The notes beneath the pieces are model-generated. The model had not been told where the DNA came from and ran no database searches. It worked only from the letters and a program-made list of their open reading frames with translations. From Oligoflexia bacterium (GTDB lineage: Bacteria; Bdellovibrionota; UBA1018), in contig CAVWVI010000003.1 in NCBI GenBank assembly GCA_963758495.1, positions 96,001 through 160,000 on the forward strand: a stretch of DNA of 64,000 bases. The letters are read 5' to 3'. This document shows positions 19,587 to 29,648 of the stretch, piece by piece. Both the position numbers and the translations under genes were made by a program. Positions within the stretch are counted from its first letter, which is position 1. Every line of letters starts with the position of its first letter.

Positions 19587-20908
19587 CACAGCAAATTACT
19601 AGCCAGTTCCGACAATTTAGATCGCTCACCTTTAGTCAGCATAATATGCGCAGAAATAGTCTCATCCTTAAATCGATCTACCAAGTAGACCAAGCCATTA
19701 TTGGCGGAGTCCACATAAGGATTATCAATTTGAAAGCTATCACCCGTTAAGACGATCTTTGTATCATCACCTGCTCTTGTAACAATGGTCTTAATCTCGT
19801 GAGGAGTCAGATTTTGTGACTCATCTACAATGAGATACTGCTGAGGAATGGAACGCCCACGAATATAAGTCAATGGCTCAATTTGCAGCAACCCTTGATT
19901 GAGTAACTCCTGACAACCTTTTCCGGCCCCTCTGCGTCCCTTGGCGCTGGTAGTACCAAAAAGAAAATCAATATTATCGTAAATAGGTTGCATCCAGGGA
20001 TTCAATTTTTCCTCAATATCCCCTGGCAAAAATCCAATATCTTTACCTAAAGGGAAAACGGGCCGAGAGACTAGAAGCCGGTGATAAATTCCTTCATCTA
20101 CGGTTTTTGCTAATCCTGCAGCTATTGCGAGTAAGGTTTTACCTGTTCCTGCTTTTCCTACCAAACTCACAAGTTTGATATCATCGTTCAGAAGGGCATC
20201 TATGGCGAATGCTTGCTCGGCATTTTTTGGAAAAATTCCCCATAAACCTTCCACAGGCTTAAATATCGGCACTATACAATCGAGCTCTTTAGAGTAACGC
20301 CCCATGGCCGTATGATTTGGATTTGTCGAATCTTTAAGGATCAAATACTGATTAGGCTTAAAGAGTTGACTTTGATCTTTGTAAGGAAGCCTTTTATTTT
20401 GGTAAAATTCATCTACTAAATGAGCATCAACATTCAGAGTCAGCATACCCGAATAAAGCTCTTCAGGCTCCACGCTCGAAGGCTCATAGTCTTCTGCTAA
20501 AATACCCAGTGCGTCTGCTTTAATTCTTAAATTTACGTCTTTCGTAACTAAGGCTACAGGTCTTTTAGGATGCTCTTTTTTTAGAGAAATCGCTAACGCC
20601 AGAATGCGATTATCCGCCTTATCCATAGGTAATTCTACCGGTAGAGGCTGATTTCCTCCGAGTTCAACAGAAAGAATCCCGCCATTGGGTAATCGAACCC
20701 CCTTGGAAAGCTCCCCATCAGCACGCATCTCGTCAATCAATCTGGAAAATAAACGAGCATGACGCCCATTCTCACTCATTTCTCGTTTGAATCGATCAAT
20801 CTCTTCGACAACGACGATTGAAATTACAACGTCATTATTTCCAAACTTAAAGAGTGCTTGAGGATCAAAAAGTAAAACATTCGTATCTAGGATAAATGCT
20901 TTGCGCAA
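19586..20908 (-). CDS. PIN-domain PhoH family ATPase
   Basis: LDTNVLL PIN motif; GKAGTGKT, YIRGRSI, DESQNLT. Confidence 0.93.
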   Translation of the reverse strand: MRKAFILDTNVLLFDPQALFKFGNNDVVISIVVVEEIDRFKREMSENGRHARLFSRLIDEMRADGELSKGVRLPNGGILSVELGGNQPLPVELPMDKADNRILALAISLKKEHPKRPVALVTKDVNLRIKADALGILAEDYEPSSVEPEELYSGMLTLNVDAHLVDEFYQNKRLPYKDQSQLFKPNQYLILKDSTNPNHTAMGRYSKELDCIVPIFKPVEGLWGIFPKNAEQAFAIDALLNDDIKLVSLVGKAGTGKTLLAIAAGLAKTVDEGIYHRLLVSRPVFPLGKDIGFLPGDIEEKLNPWMQPIYDNIDFLFGTTSAKGRRGAGKGCQELLNQGLLQIEPLTYIRGRSIPQQYLIVDESQNLTPHEIKTIVTRAGDDTKIVLTGDSFQIDNPYVDSANNGLVYLVDRFKDETISAHIMLTKGERSKLSELASNLL

Positions 20909-21125
20909 GTCAGCCTCCCTTTCTGCTCAACATCAATAACAGATAATCATCTACACAATATGGGGCTAACTCCCCCCGCCTCCAACAATAGTTCAATATC
21001 AAATTACTGCAAGGATTTCCCCACTCGACTCAGATTATTATTATTATGAAAAATGAGATCTGATTGTGAGCCGATTCGCCTTCACGTAAGAGCACCCAAG
21101 CTCACGCTAGAGTATTGAGCTCACG

Positions 21126-22211
21126 CTAGAGTTCTAGCTTCATGGCAAAGTGGATCATGCTGCGGCGCTCAGGATCTTGATTCACTAATGTGGCTTGCTC
21201 CTCCGCATAAGACAAATACATCAACTTAAATATCCAAAGATCGATCCCTACACCATAAGTCAAAAACGCTTGATTGATGCCTGTATACAAACTTAAAAGA
21301 GGAAATTTTAATTCTAATCCTACATGGTTTTTCTTTGGCCAATCGGCATAGTTTAAAATATGTGCATAGTCGTAAGCAAGTGTTGCTACAAACTGTGAGG
21401 ATGTGTATCTTCCTGCCAATCCAAATGTAAGATTACTTTTTTGCGGATCTGCTCCTGAACTAAATCCTGTATCTCCTATATCAGTCATTGCTAGACCACT
21501 CATCAAACTAAATTTCTTTTTAAACTTATGAATATATTGAAAGCCCAGGTCCACCCCGTACCCAGTGCCAAAATTAGTCAAATTCTGGGTAATCGCCTTT
21601 GCATTCAAAGTTAAAAGTTCTGTTAAGGTAAGCTGCCGGTACCCTCCTGCCCGATTCAGGTATTTTGCGGCCATCCCAAATCTAAGATCATCGGCAGATT
21701 TTCTTCGTTGTCTTAAAAGCGAGGTACCAAAAGCGGCCTGGACCCCATAGGTACTCTGCACCCCCAAGATCCCCTGCGGGAATGCCGTATTTTGCAGACT
21801 CAAAGCAACCTGTTCATCAGCTAGCGCGGCAATTCCAAAACCGGGCAGAACTAAAGTCGACGTCCCTTCGACTCTTGCATAATAATTTTTTCCAATGAGA
21901 TTATTTAAAGAAGCCACGGGTGAATTAGAACTTAAAGCATCAGAAATTACGGGATAGCCATTAATCATATCATTGGAAGCATCCGCATCCACTGCCACTA
22001 TATTAAATGAGAACTGCTTAATACCGGCGAGCCCTGCGGGATTATAAAAAATAGCCTCTTCATCATCAGCGACCGCAGTAAAAGCATTCCCCATTGCTTG
22101 CGCTCTAGCACCTCTGTAGAGCGGATTGAATTGATCTGCCTGTGCCGATTGAGTAAAAAACCAGAAAAGAACTATGCAAATATGCAGCACTCTCAAGGTG
22201 GTCCCTGCCAA
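21126..22211 (-). CDS. TraF-like outer-membrane beta-barrel protein
   Basis: Signal peptide; GARAQAMGNAFTAVADD...FYNPAGL. Confidence 0.8.
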   Translation of the reverse strand: MAGTTLRVLHICIVLFWFFTQSAQADQFNPLYRGARAQAMGNAFTAVADDEEAIFYNPAGLAGIKQFSFNIVAVDADASNDMINGYPVISDALSSNSPVASLNNLIGKNYYARVEGTSTLVLPGFGIAALADEQVALSLQNTAFPQGILGVQSTYGVQAAFGTSLLRQRRKSADDLRFGMAAKYLNRAGGYRQLTLTELLTLNAKAITQNLTNFGTGYGVDLGFQYIHKFKKKFSLMSGLAMTDIGDTGFSSGADPQKSNLTFGLAGRYTSSQFVATLAYDYAHILNYADWPKKNHVGLELKFPLLSLYTGINQAFLTYGVGIDLWIFKLMYLSYAEEQATLVNQDPERRSMIHFAMKLEL

Positions 22212-23143
22212 GAATCATTTATAAAATTAATAATGCCTGCAGCTGCACATGAATTCACATCCGTATTCACACCTGTACAGCTCGCACGACTTCGAAGAGT
22301 CGTGGGACAACTGGTGCAACTCACTGATCCGCCACAGACAGTACAGCCCACCTGGCAGGCGAGATCCAACCCTGTCGCAAAAAGTGTCTGTATCTTTTGG
22401 TAGATGATTGCAATGCTAGAAGGTGCGGCTGCAGCAATAGAATTGAGTCCATCATTGAAATTAAGAACTCCAGAGGCCAATGCACATCCATCACCTTGCA
22501 TTAAATCTGCACTCGTCCAAGGCAAGGCATTTCCCTTATGATTATTTGCAAGCGGATTTCCATTTCTATAAAGAAGTGAGCCCATCAGCGACATGCTAGC
22601 AAAGGTAAGAAAGGAGTTAGCATCACTCGTCCGATCATTGACTTCCAGTGAGCCAGGATTATTAGAAGTAGAATTGATAGTAAAAGCTGGAACAAGAATA
22701 GTGGCAGGATTCAAAGTGGCCATGATTGCATCCGTTGCGCTTTCAGCCGCTTGCGGAATTTTATCATCTATAGGCGAAACGGTGGATGGAAACTCTTGAA
22801 CAAGAAATTCCCAAAATCCAGAGCCTGCTAAATCTCCCTGAAAGGAGACTAGGTCTCCCAAAATATCTAATAAATTAACGCGCGCAGCACATCCATAAGA
22901 GGCTGCCGTAGAAAGCCGAATAGCATTATCCGTATTGACCGAATTATAAAGGGGTAAAATCGCAGTAAGAGCCGTTGTACAACCTTGACCACTCAATGCA
23001 ATATTCACAGCATCTATGACCGAATCTATCTGCATCGCATTAGGATTCAAGGTCGAAGAATCATAAGAAGGCGACGAGCATGCTGTCCCTAACAGTGCTC
23101 CTAAACAAGAAAATAAAAGATAAAGCCTTCTTCTTGAAGTGAT
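22193..23143 (-). CDS. Cys-rich lipoprotein (start uncertain)
   Basis: Frame extends upstream of the track start to ITSRRRLYLLFSCLGALLGTA-C (lipobox-like, Cys codon at 23080); no in-frame ATG there. Confidence 0.65.
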   Translation of the reverse strand: MTSRRRLYLLFSCLGALLGTACSSPSYDSSTLNPNAMQIDSVIDAVNIALSGQGCTTALTAILPLYNSVNTDNAIRLSTAASYGCAARVNLLDILGDLVSFQGDLAGSGFWEFLVQEFPSTVSPIDDKIPQAAESATDAIMATLNPATILVPAFTINSTSNNPGSLEVNDRTSDANSFLTFASMSLMGSLLYRNGNPLANNHKGNALPWTSADLMQGDGCALASGVLNFNDGLNSIAAAAPSSIAIIYQKIQTLFATGLDLACQVGCTVCGGSVSCTSCPTTLRSRASCTGVNTDVNSCAAAGIINFINDSWQGPP

Positions 23144-23169
23144 ATCTCATCCTTAAAAGAGGTTGTACT

Positions 23170-24387
23170 TCACTTAAGATACTGGACGAATCTCTTACAG
23201 CCCTCTTCTAGTGTTCGCTCATCAGTTGCAAAACTCAGCCTTAAAAACTCCGGCTCTCCAAAAGGAGTTCCGGGTACTACTGCAACTCTTGCTTCCTCTA
23301 AAAGTCTTTGGGCAAACGCAATCGATTCTTCGCCTGCATTCAAGTATTTACCCACTCCTACGAAAGCGTAAAACGCGCCATCGGGAATAGCTACTTCCAT
23401 TTTGCGGTCTTTTTTCAAAATATCCAGAAGAAGATTACGTCTTTTGCGAAAACTTTCAATTTGGCTTAAAAAATGGGATTCAGGCAATTTGAGAGCTGCA
23501 AGACTAGCCCACTGCGCTAAAGCATTAATACCCGAGGTACTCTGCCCCTGTAAGGTAATCATTCCATCAGTAACCAACTTAGGTCCGACAGACCACCCCA
23601 CTCTCCAGCCGGTCATTGCTGCACTTTTTGACATTCCATTGATAGTAATCGTTCGTTCGCGAAGAGCTGGAGCTGCATCCAAGAATGAACAAAATGGAAC
23701 ATCCCCCAGTACGATCCGATCATAAATTTCATCAGAGATAATCCATATATTTTGATTTTCCTGATAATTGAGGAGAACATCCGCAAGCGCCCTAAATTCT
23801 TCGCGAGAGTACATAGCGCCAGTTGGATTACTAGGCGAATTAAAAATAATCATTTTTACTTTAGGACCCAGCGCGGCCTTCAATTGCGCAGGCTCAATTT
23901 TAAATTGATTCGAGAAAGAAGCTGTAATAAATTTTGGAATTCCACCTGCAAGTTTAACCATTTCTGGATAACTCAGCCAATAAGGCGAGGGAATGAGAAC
24001 CTCATCCCCTGCATCCAAAAGCGCCATACAAGAATTAAATAATGCTTGCTTACCCCCATTGGTAACGATGACATTAGAAGGTGCCCAAGCTTGATCTTTA
24101 GCCACATTGGGTTGTTGATCATTTGTCTTTTTTGCAATAGCTTCTCTGAGTTCGGGTATGCCGGGTACAGGGGTATATTTTGAACGATTGACTTTAAGGG
24201 CTTCTATTACCGCTTCTTTTGCAGCATCAGGAACCCAAAAATCTGGCTCTCCCGCAGTAAGATTCACGACATCTATACCTTGAGCTTTCATCGCCTGAAC
24301 TGTTGAGTTCAGTTTTAGAGTGGCACTCTCTGTCACTCCATCAAGTCTACGAGCAAGCTGTAATTTATTTATTTTATTTGAAATCAT
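23170..24387 (-). CDS. PLP-dependent class I aminotransferase (AspC-like)
   Basis: AGEPDF, NSPSNPTG, SDEIY, SKSAAMTGWRVG. Confidence 0.93.
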   Translation of the reverse strand: MISNKINKLQLARRLDGVTESATLKLNSTVQAMKAQGIDVVNLTAGEPDFWVPDAAKEAVIEALKVNRSKYTPVPGIPELREAIAKKTNDQQPNVAKDQAWAPSNVIVTNGGKQALFNSCMALLDAGDEVLIPSPYWLSYPEMVKLAGGIPKFITASFSNQFKIEPAQLKAALGPKVKMIIFNSPSNPTGAMYSREEFRALADVLLNYQENQNIWIISDEIYDRIVLGDVPFCSFLDAAPALRERTITINGMSKSAAMTGWRVGWSVGPKLVTDGMITLQGQSTSGINALAQWASLAALKLPESHFLSQIESFRKRRNLLLDILKKDRKMEVAIPDGAFYAFVGVGKYLNAGEESIAFAQRLLEEARVAVVPGTPFGEPEFLRLSFATDERTLEEGCKRFVQYLK

Positions 24388-24401
24388 AATTAACTTTCTA
24401 G

Positions 24402-24908
24402 TTAAACTTTTTTCGCTCTAAGAGGAATCTTTTCTTTAAGTCGTGCTGTAACCCCAGCCGGTACATATGGACTTACATCCCCTCCATAATGAAAAAGCTC
24501 TTTGATCATTGTTGAGCTGATAAAATAAAGATTTTGTCCCGTCATCATAAAAAGTGTTTCAACTTCGGAATTGAGCTGCTTATTCATACTAGCCATCATA
24601 AATTCATATTCAAAATCGCTAGCCGCTCGTAATCCACGAATCACGGCCGAAATACCATGATCCCTGGCATAGTCCATGATCAGACCCGACCAACGATCGA
24701 CCTTAACCCCTTTTCGATTTGCGGTAACTTCTCGAATGAGATCCACTCTTTCTTCTGGGGTAAAAAGCGGATTCTTGCTTCCTGTTCCTGCAACAAGAAT
24801 AATGACTTCTGAGAAAAGAGTTAATGTCCTGTCCAAAATATCCATATGACCGTTAGTAATAGGATCAAAGGAGCCGGGATAGATTGCTTTTCTCATATTA
24901 TGGGTCAT
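24402..24908 (-). CDS. coaD: Phosphopantetheine adenylyltransferase
   Basis: YPGSFDPITNGH, RGLRAASDFEYE. Confidence 0.96.
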   Translation of the reverse strand: MTHNMRKAIYPGSFDPITNGHMDILDRTLTLFSEVIILVAGTGSKNPLFTPEERVDLIREVTANRKGVKVDRWSGLIMDYARDHGISAVIRGLRAASDFEYEFMMASMNKQLNSEVETLFMMTGQNLYFISSTMIKELFHYGGDVSPYVPAGVTARLKEKIPLRAKKV

Positions 24909-25474
24909 AGTCCGTCTCTCGAATAAGTAGTAAGTACACTATCACCATAGTTTTTTTCACGAATTTTCACAAGAAATGGCACTTGTTCTGGAAGTTCAAC
25001 AACGGCCGACTTCAACACTCCCCATTCTAAACAGAATCGACCCTGAGGAGAAAGTAAATTTTCCCACGGCCAAGTAGTCAACAGTTTCATTTCCCATCCC
25101 GCTTCATAAGGAGGATCAGCTAAAATTAAATCAAATGGACCCATTTGCTTCAGCTTTGTAGCGAATACATCCATCGTGTCACTCACAATTTGAATGCGAT
25201 CTCTTACTTTTAATGTTTCTGCATTTTTTTCTATCAATTTTAAAGCAGGACGTGCCATCTCAACAAAAATAACCTCATTCGCGCCTCGAGAAAGGGCCTC
25301 AAAACCCAGTGCCCCCGATCCTGCAAATAGATCCAGTACACGAGCTTCAGGGATATGAGCTTGAAGAGAGTTAAATAGAGCTTGACGTAGTTTTGCTTGA
25401 GTGGGGCGTGTTCGATGATCTGTTGGAGTTTGAATCATTCGACCGCGAAAAACACCCCCAGTAAGACGTAACAT
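24905..25474 (-). CDS. rsmD: 16S rRNA m2G966 methyltransferase
   Basis: TRPT, LDLFAGSGALGFEALSRGA, DPPY; upstream of coaD. Confidence 0.94.
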   Translation of the reverse strand: MLRLTGGVFRGRMIQTPTDHRTRPTQAKLRQALFNSLQAHIPEARVLDLFAGSGALGFEALSRGANEVIFVEMARPALKLIEKNAETLKVRDRIQIVSDTMDVFATKLKQMGPFDLILADPPYEAGWEMKLLTTWPWENLLSPQGRFCLEWGVLKSAVVELPEQVPFLVKIREKNYGDSVLTTYSRDGL

Positions 25475-25520
25475 GGGACTCCTTGTACTGATTACCTCCT
25501 ATAGCAGCTTTCAAATCATT

Positions 25521-26042
25521 TTACGCAACTTTTTTGGTAGCTCTCTGGCGGTTTGGGATTTTGAATTCGGTTCCATCGGCCAGTTGAATTCGAATCATTT
25601 CACTTGTGAATTCAAGAGAAATGAATTGTCCGGTATGACCGTAATTCAAATTGAGCGTTAAGTGTCCTTGAATACTCATTGAAAGTGAGCTTTCCTCATG
25701 CGTATTGTCCATATCTGACATTTCTTCAACCTCGGCCGCAACGGGTTCAAAATGCACGGGGTCCCCTGATTGTTCAAATTCCTTTAATATATCCTGCTCT
25801 TCCACTTTTTCAGTTAAATCAGATTCATGAGATTCATGAGACTCTTGAGAGGACACCATATCATGTACCTCAGGTATTATGCTTTTTTGAGGAGCGATGG
25901 GTTCAGGTTTTGCTTTGGAAACGGCACCGAGTTCTGCCTGCATCGATTCAATATCATTCATAATTTTATCAATGTCATCTTCCTTATCTGAATTTGACTG
26001 ATTTGGTTTTGGGCTAACCGCCGTTTTAAGTTCACTGCTCAT
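25521..26042 (-). CDS. Acidic hypothetical protein
   Basis: ORF with RBS; E/D-rich low-complexity middle. Confidence 0.7.
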   Translation of the reverse strand: MSSELKTAVSPKPNQSNSDKEDDIDKIMNDIESMQAELGAVSKAKPEPIAPQKSIIPEVHDMVSSQESHESHESDLTEKVEEQDILKEFEQSGDPVHFEPVAAEVEEMSDMDNTHEESSLSMSIQGHLTLNLNYGHTGQFISLEFTSEMIRIQLADGTEFKIPNRQRATKKVA

Positions 26043-26209
26043 TCAATTTCTCCCTGCCGTCCTTTAAACCCATCGGTAAGAACCCGGAAGATATTTAGAT
26101 CCTCTTTTTAGTGAGCTGCAGGAGTCGTTTTTACTCGCATTCAAGGAACAATCACTGTTATCTCTTACTTTAAGAATTCCTAATACCAAAGACAGGTAAA
26201 GACTTACAC

Positions 26210-28927
26210 GTGTCAGACGACCTTATTCATTCTTTAATTGATTGCAGTCAGCTGAGTGGCATCATCGGCAGCGAAACTCGCTCGCGCATGACACAAATGC
26301 TTGAATTTTCTCCACTTCCTACGCTTTCTCCTACTAAAGAGCGAAATGTCATACAAAATCTTCCAACTCAATTTGTACCTAACGTTCCGAGTCATCTTTC
26401 ATCCATTGTTCCGTCACTTATTTCAATTGTGGGCAGAATTTTACAAGACCTTGAAGCCAATTTGACTCGCCTCCTCTCTCTGAACCCGAGCCGAAGAGAA
26501 GCCATTGCCCATCACTTGGATAAACTCGCAGGAATGAGTCCTACTCCGAGTTCAGCCTCTGTGAATTCAGAAAACTCTAGGAATTTACGCCGATGGATCG
26601 AAGGCCCTCGCAGTCCGGCTCAAAATGGTGCTCTCAATGCCTATTTTGAAGAACTTGCCATTATAGCTTTAGGTCAGGCCCTTCTGTTAAAATGTTGGTC
26701 AGACAGAAATATACGCAAATGGAGTGAATCGGATTTAGGTCGACTCAATTGGGCTCTCAGCACTGCACTCAAACCCCATATTCCCTTGGATCGAGAGGGA
26801 TGGCACATCACTCGTCCTAATTTATATTCATGGTATAATCCGACCCCTATGCTCCAACATGAAATATGGATTTCTTTGGAGTCTTGGACCATTACAGATG
26901 AAGGGTCCAGCTTTCTCATTTCTTTATTAACTCCTCTTCGACGTGCCCAACCTGAAGCTTTTGAGCCTTTAGGTTATGACTCCAGATTTTTTAAATCACT
27001 CTGGGATCATATTGAAACATTTGGTTTTAATACTCAGCCAGAACTAGGTGCCCTTAAGCGCAATAAAATTGTCTTTTCACCGACCCTAAGAAATGGCTCC
27101 ATCACGAGATTAGGACCACCTTCAATTACTTGGATTGGGCTAGAGTCATCTTATTTTCAATTGATATTAGCAGAGCTTGCTCAAATATGGTCGGGCCCTG
27201 CGGCTCCTCCATTTTGGTCTGTTGGAACTGGTCTTGAAGTGCATACTCGAGATCAACTCGCTCTTGCACTTGGCTCGCCAAAACCATCTGTTCTATGCAG
27301 AATCAGCGAAATGGAAGCATGTGACGCTGCATTTATTCTAGAAGAGCAAACGATTCGTGCACAAGGAAGAAATGCAAACGCAAATCGTTTTCGTGAGCTA
27401 CTCGACAAACTCCCTTACTTTAAAAAACTTCGATCTCCAGGCACGAGCCTGGGGAGCTTACAAACCTGTGTTGCTCTGAATAAATTAAGGCCGGGTGGAA
27501 TTCTGATATGGGCTCGCGAGGAAGCTCTGAGTGTCAAAGATGGCAGTGAGATGCTCAATTTTTTACTGGATCGTGCGAAGTTAATTTGTGAATGGGATTT
27601 TTCAGAACTAGAACATTCTCTTCCCATTGCGATTCCACCCTTTTCAAAATACCTTTATCTCTTTCAAAAAGAGACCCATATTGAAGCTCGTCTTTCACAC
27701 CGACCTATTCGACATTCCATCCAAGGCCAATTAAGAAGTCATGTCGAGATCTCATTACTCTTAGACGATGCATTCCAAGCCACACCCAATTCATCGGCAT
27801 ACCACGGACATTGGAAAATTTTATCTCATTCTAGTCCAACTCCTCAAAGAGATTGGCTTGAAAAATGGCCAGATCCTACGTCTCAAAGCACTGTACGAAA
27901 ATTGGATGAACTCAGAACAGCATCATTACCTTTAGCCAACTTCACGACGATTCGTCCTACCCCCGATGGAGACCCAGCCCGCCAGGGAAGATGGTCTGTA
28001 CAGATGTCATTAAGAGGGTTCTGGTTAACTGCCGAATATGACACAGAAGGGCGAAGATTGGTTTCGCGAAGCCTACCGAGACCGGGTCAAGAAATCCAAG
28101 GCTCAGGGTATCTCATCCTAGTTCCTGATGAAAGCTGGGTTGCACCTCTTGCTGCGTACTTAATGTCTGACCTTGTTCAAAAATGGCTGGATCACCATGC
28201 TGAACGCCGTGGAGACAAATGGATTCTAAATGAACAAGTTGTAAAATGGCTTCCAATTCCTAAATCCCTTTTAATTACTCTCGGAGTACCGAGCGCAATG
28301 GAAGACCAAGCAAACTCTCCGTTTTTACTTCCCTTACCTCCCGAGTGGGAAAAGCTCGCCTCAGAGGTGGCTTATCAGCCCAAAGCAATTAAAGAAACAT
28401 TAGAAAAGCTTGCTCAAGATGAGCGCAATCAAGCCATTCACGCTGCGATCTTTGTAAGGACTTCCCGAGCATTAGAAGATATTTACACAGGGCAAGGCCG
28501 ACTTTTTTCATTGGTCACTTCTGATGGAAGGGTTCGCTGGCGAGAGCTGATAGAAATTTTGCCCAAGAGTGAATGCATTGCGATCTCTCTTCACCCGAGA
28601 ATCCGATTATCTGGAAGCTTACCCCCTCATTTACCGATTGGAAAAATCGATCGAGTCAAAGCACCTATGCCAGGTCTTTTGCTAGCAACAGAAAGTGGTT
28701 TTACACTCCATATTGGCTCTGAAAGCCCTATGCTCCTCAATATACTTTGGGACCAACTCGACGGCCTTGCTCACCCCACATGGAATGAACTTCTCCAATA
28801 TTTACGTTTACCCAGAAAAATTGAACTGGCTGAATCCACCGCATTAGATGTTTTGCGTTCACATGAAGAACAAACGATACGCCTAAAAGCATTACGTGAT
28901 TTACTCAGTACTTGTCAGTTATTTTAG
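26210..28927 (+). CDS. Large protein resembling a degenerate type IIG/N6-adenine methyltransferase with TaqI-C-like target recognition region
   Basis: Motif remnants in the expected order: VFSPTLRNGS, WIGLES, CDAAFILEE, ALNKLRPGGILIW, LICEWDFS, YLMSDLVQKW...VKWLPIP. Confidence 0.55.
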   Translation: MSDDLIHSLIDCSQLSGIIGSETRSRMTQMLEFSPLPTLSPTKERNVIQNLPTQFVPNVPSHLSSIVPSLISIVGRILQDLEANLTRLLSLNPSRREAIAHHLDKLAGMSPTPSSASVNSENSRNLRRWIEGPRSPAQNGALNAYFEELAIIALGQALLLKCWSDRNIRKWSESDLGRLNWALSTALKPHIPLDREGWHITRPNLYSWYNPTPMLQHEIWISLESWTITDEGSSFLISLLTPLRRAQPEAFEPLGYDSRFFKSLWDHIETFGFNTQPELGALKRNKIVFSPTLRNGSITRLGPPSITWIGLESSYFQLILAELAQIWSGPAAPPFWSVGTGLEVHTRDQLALALGSPKPSVLCRISEMEACDAAFILEEQTIRAQGRNANANRFRELLDKLPYFKKLRSPGTSLGSLQTCVALNKLRPGGILIWAREEALSVKDGSEMLNFLLDRAKLICEWDFSELEHSLPIAIPPFSKYLYLFQKETHIEARLSHRPIRHSIQGQLRSHVEISLLLDDAFQATPNSSAYHGHWKILSHSSPTPQRDWLEKWPDPTSQSTVRKLDELRTASLPLANFTTIRPTPDGDPARQGRWSVQMSLRGFWLTAEYDTEGRRLVSRSLPRPGQEIQGSGYLILVPDESWVAPLAAYLMSDLVQKWLDHHAERRGDKWILNEQVVKWLPIPKSLLITLGVPSAMEDQANSPFLLPLPPEWEKLASEVAYQPKAIKETLEKLAQDERNQAIHAAIFVRTSRALEDIYTGQGRLFSLVTSDGRVRWRELIEILPKSECIAISLHPRIRLSGSLPPHLPIGKIDRVKAPMPGLLLATESGFTLHIGSESPMLLNILWDQLDGLAHPTWNELLQYLRLPRKIELAESTALDVLRSHEEQTIRLKALRDLLSTCQLF

Positions 28928-28945
28928 ATCTATTAGACTTAAGAA

Positions 28946-29647
28946 ATGAGAGAAAATCCGTGGCATTTGAGAATCCCGACCACAGAACACTTCCAATGGT
29001 TTAGTAACCTAGTGGAGCTTCATGAAATTACAACGGCATGGCTGCAAGAAGTCCAAACCGAGCGCCCTTCCTATCTTTTAACTCGAGGTTTGAGTCCAGA
29101 GTTGACGAAAAATCTCTGGATGCTCGATCATTTTTCAAAAAACAAACTGGAAGACTTCTTAGATGACACGACCCCAGAGCATTTATTGAGTCGTCTTGAG
29201 CATACTCTTTGGGCAGTTCAAGCTTGGACGCTGAATCACTTTTATGAGCATTCGGAAGCCAAGCACAGAAATGCCACTGAAACCGTCCTGGAACAAATTT
29301 GTTGGAAACAAGGTCGAAAATGCGCAGAAACGAGATGGAAACTGCTTACAAATCAAGGCAACCAAGATCTCCGAAACATTCTCCTCGCCTTCAAGCACAG
29401 CCCTTTTTCAGGCTATCCACAGGGGGACTCTTTTTTAATCAAAAGAGCCACTCCAGCTCAGATTCAAATCGAATTAAGAGCTTGTCCCCATCAAATTCAA
29501 TTTACTGAAGTCAAACCCATCGCAAATGAGCTTTGTAAGCTTCACTCTCACTGGATGAGAGGGTTTGCCTATGCACTCAATCATAGAGTCAATACTGAAT
29601 TTGAAATTCAAACTCCGAGATGTCTTCAAACTTGGTATTACGCGTAA
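28946..29647 (+). CDS. Protein with C-terminal V4R-like metal/ligand-binding domain
   Basis: IELRACPH...LCKLH...MRGF...C pattern. Confidence 0.55.
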   Translation: MRENPWHLRIPTTEHFQWFSNLVELHEITTAWLQEVQTERPSYLLTRGLSPELTKNLWMLDHFSKNKLEDFLDDTTPEHLLSRLEHTLWAVQAWTLNHFYEHSEAKHRNATETVLEQICWKQGRKCAETRWKLLTNQGNQDLRNILLAFKHSPFSGYPQGDSFLIKRATPAQIQIELRACPHQIQFTEVKPIANELCKLHSHWMRGFAYALNHRVNTEFEIQTPRCLQTWYYA

Positions 29648-29648
29648 T

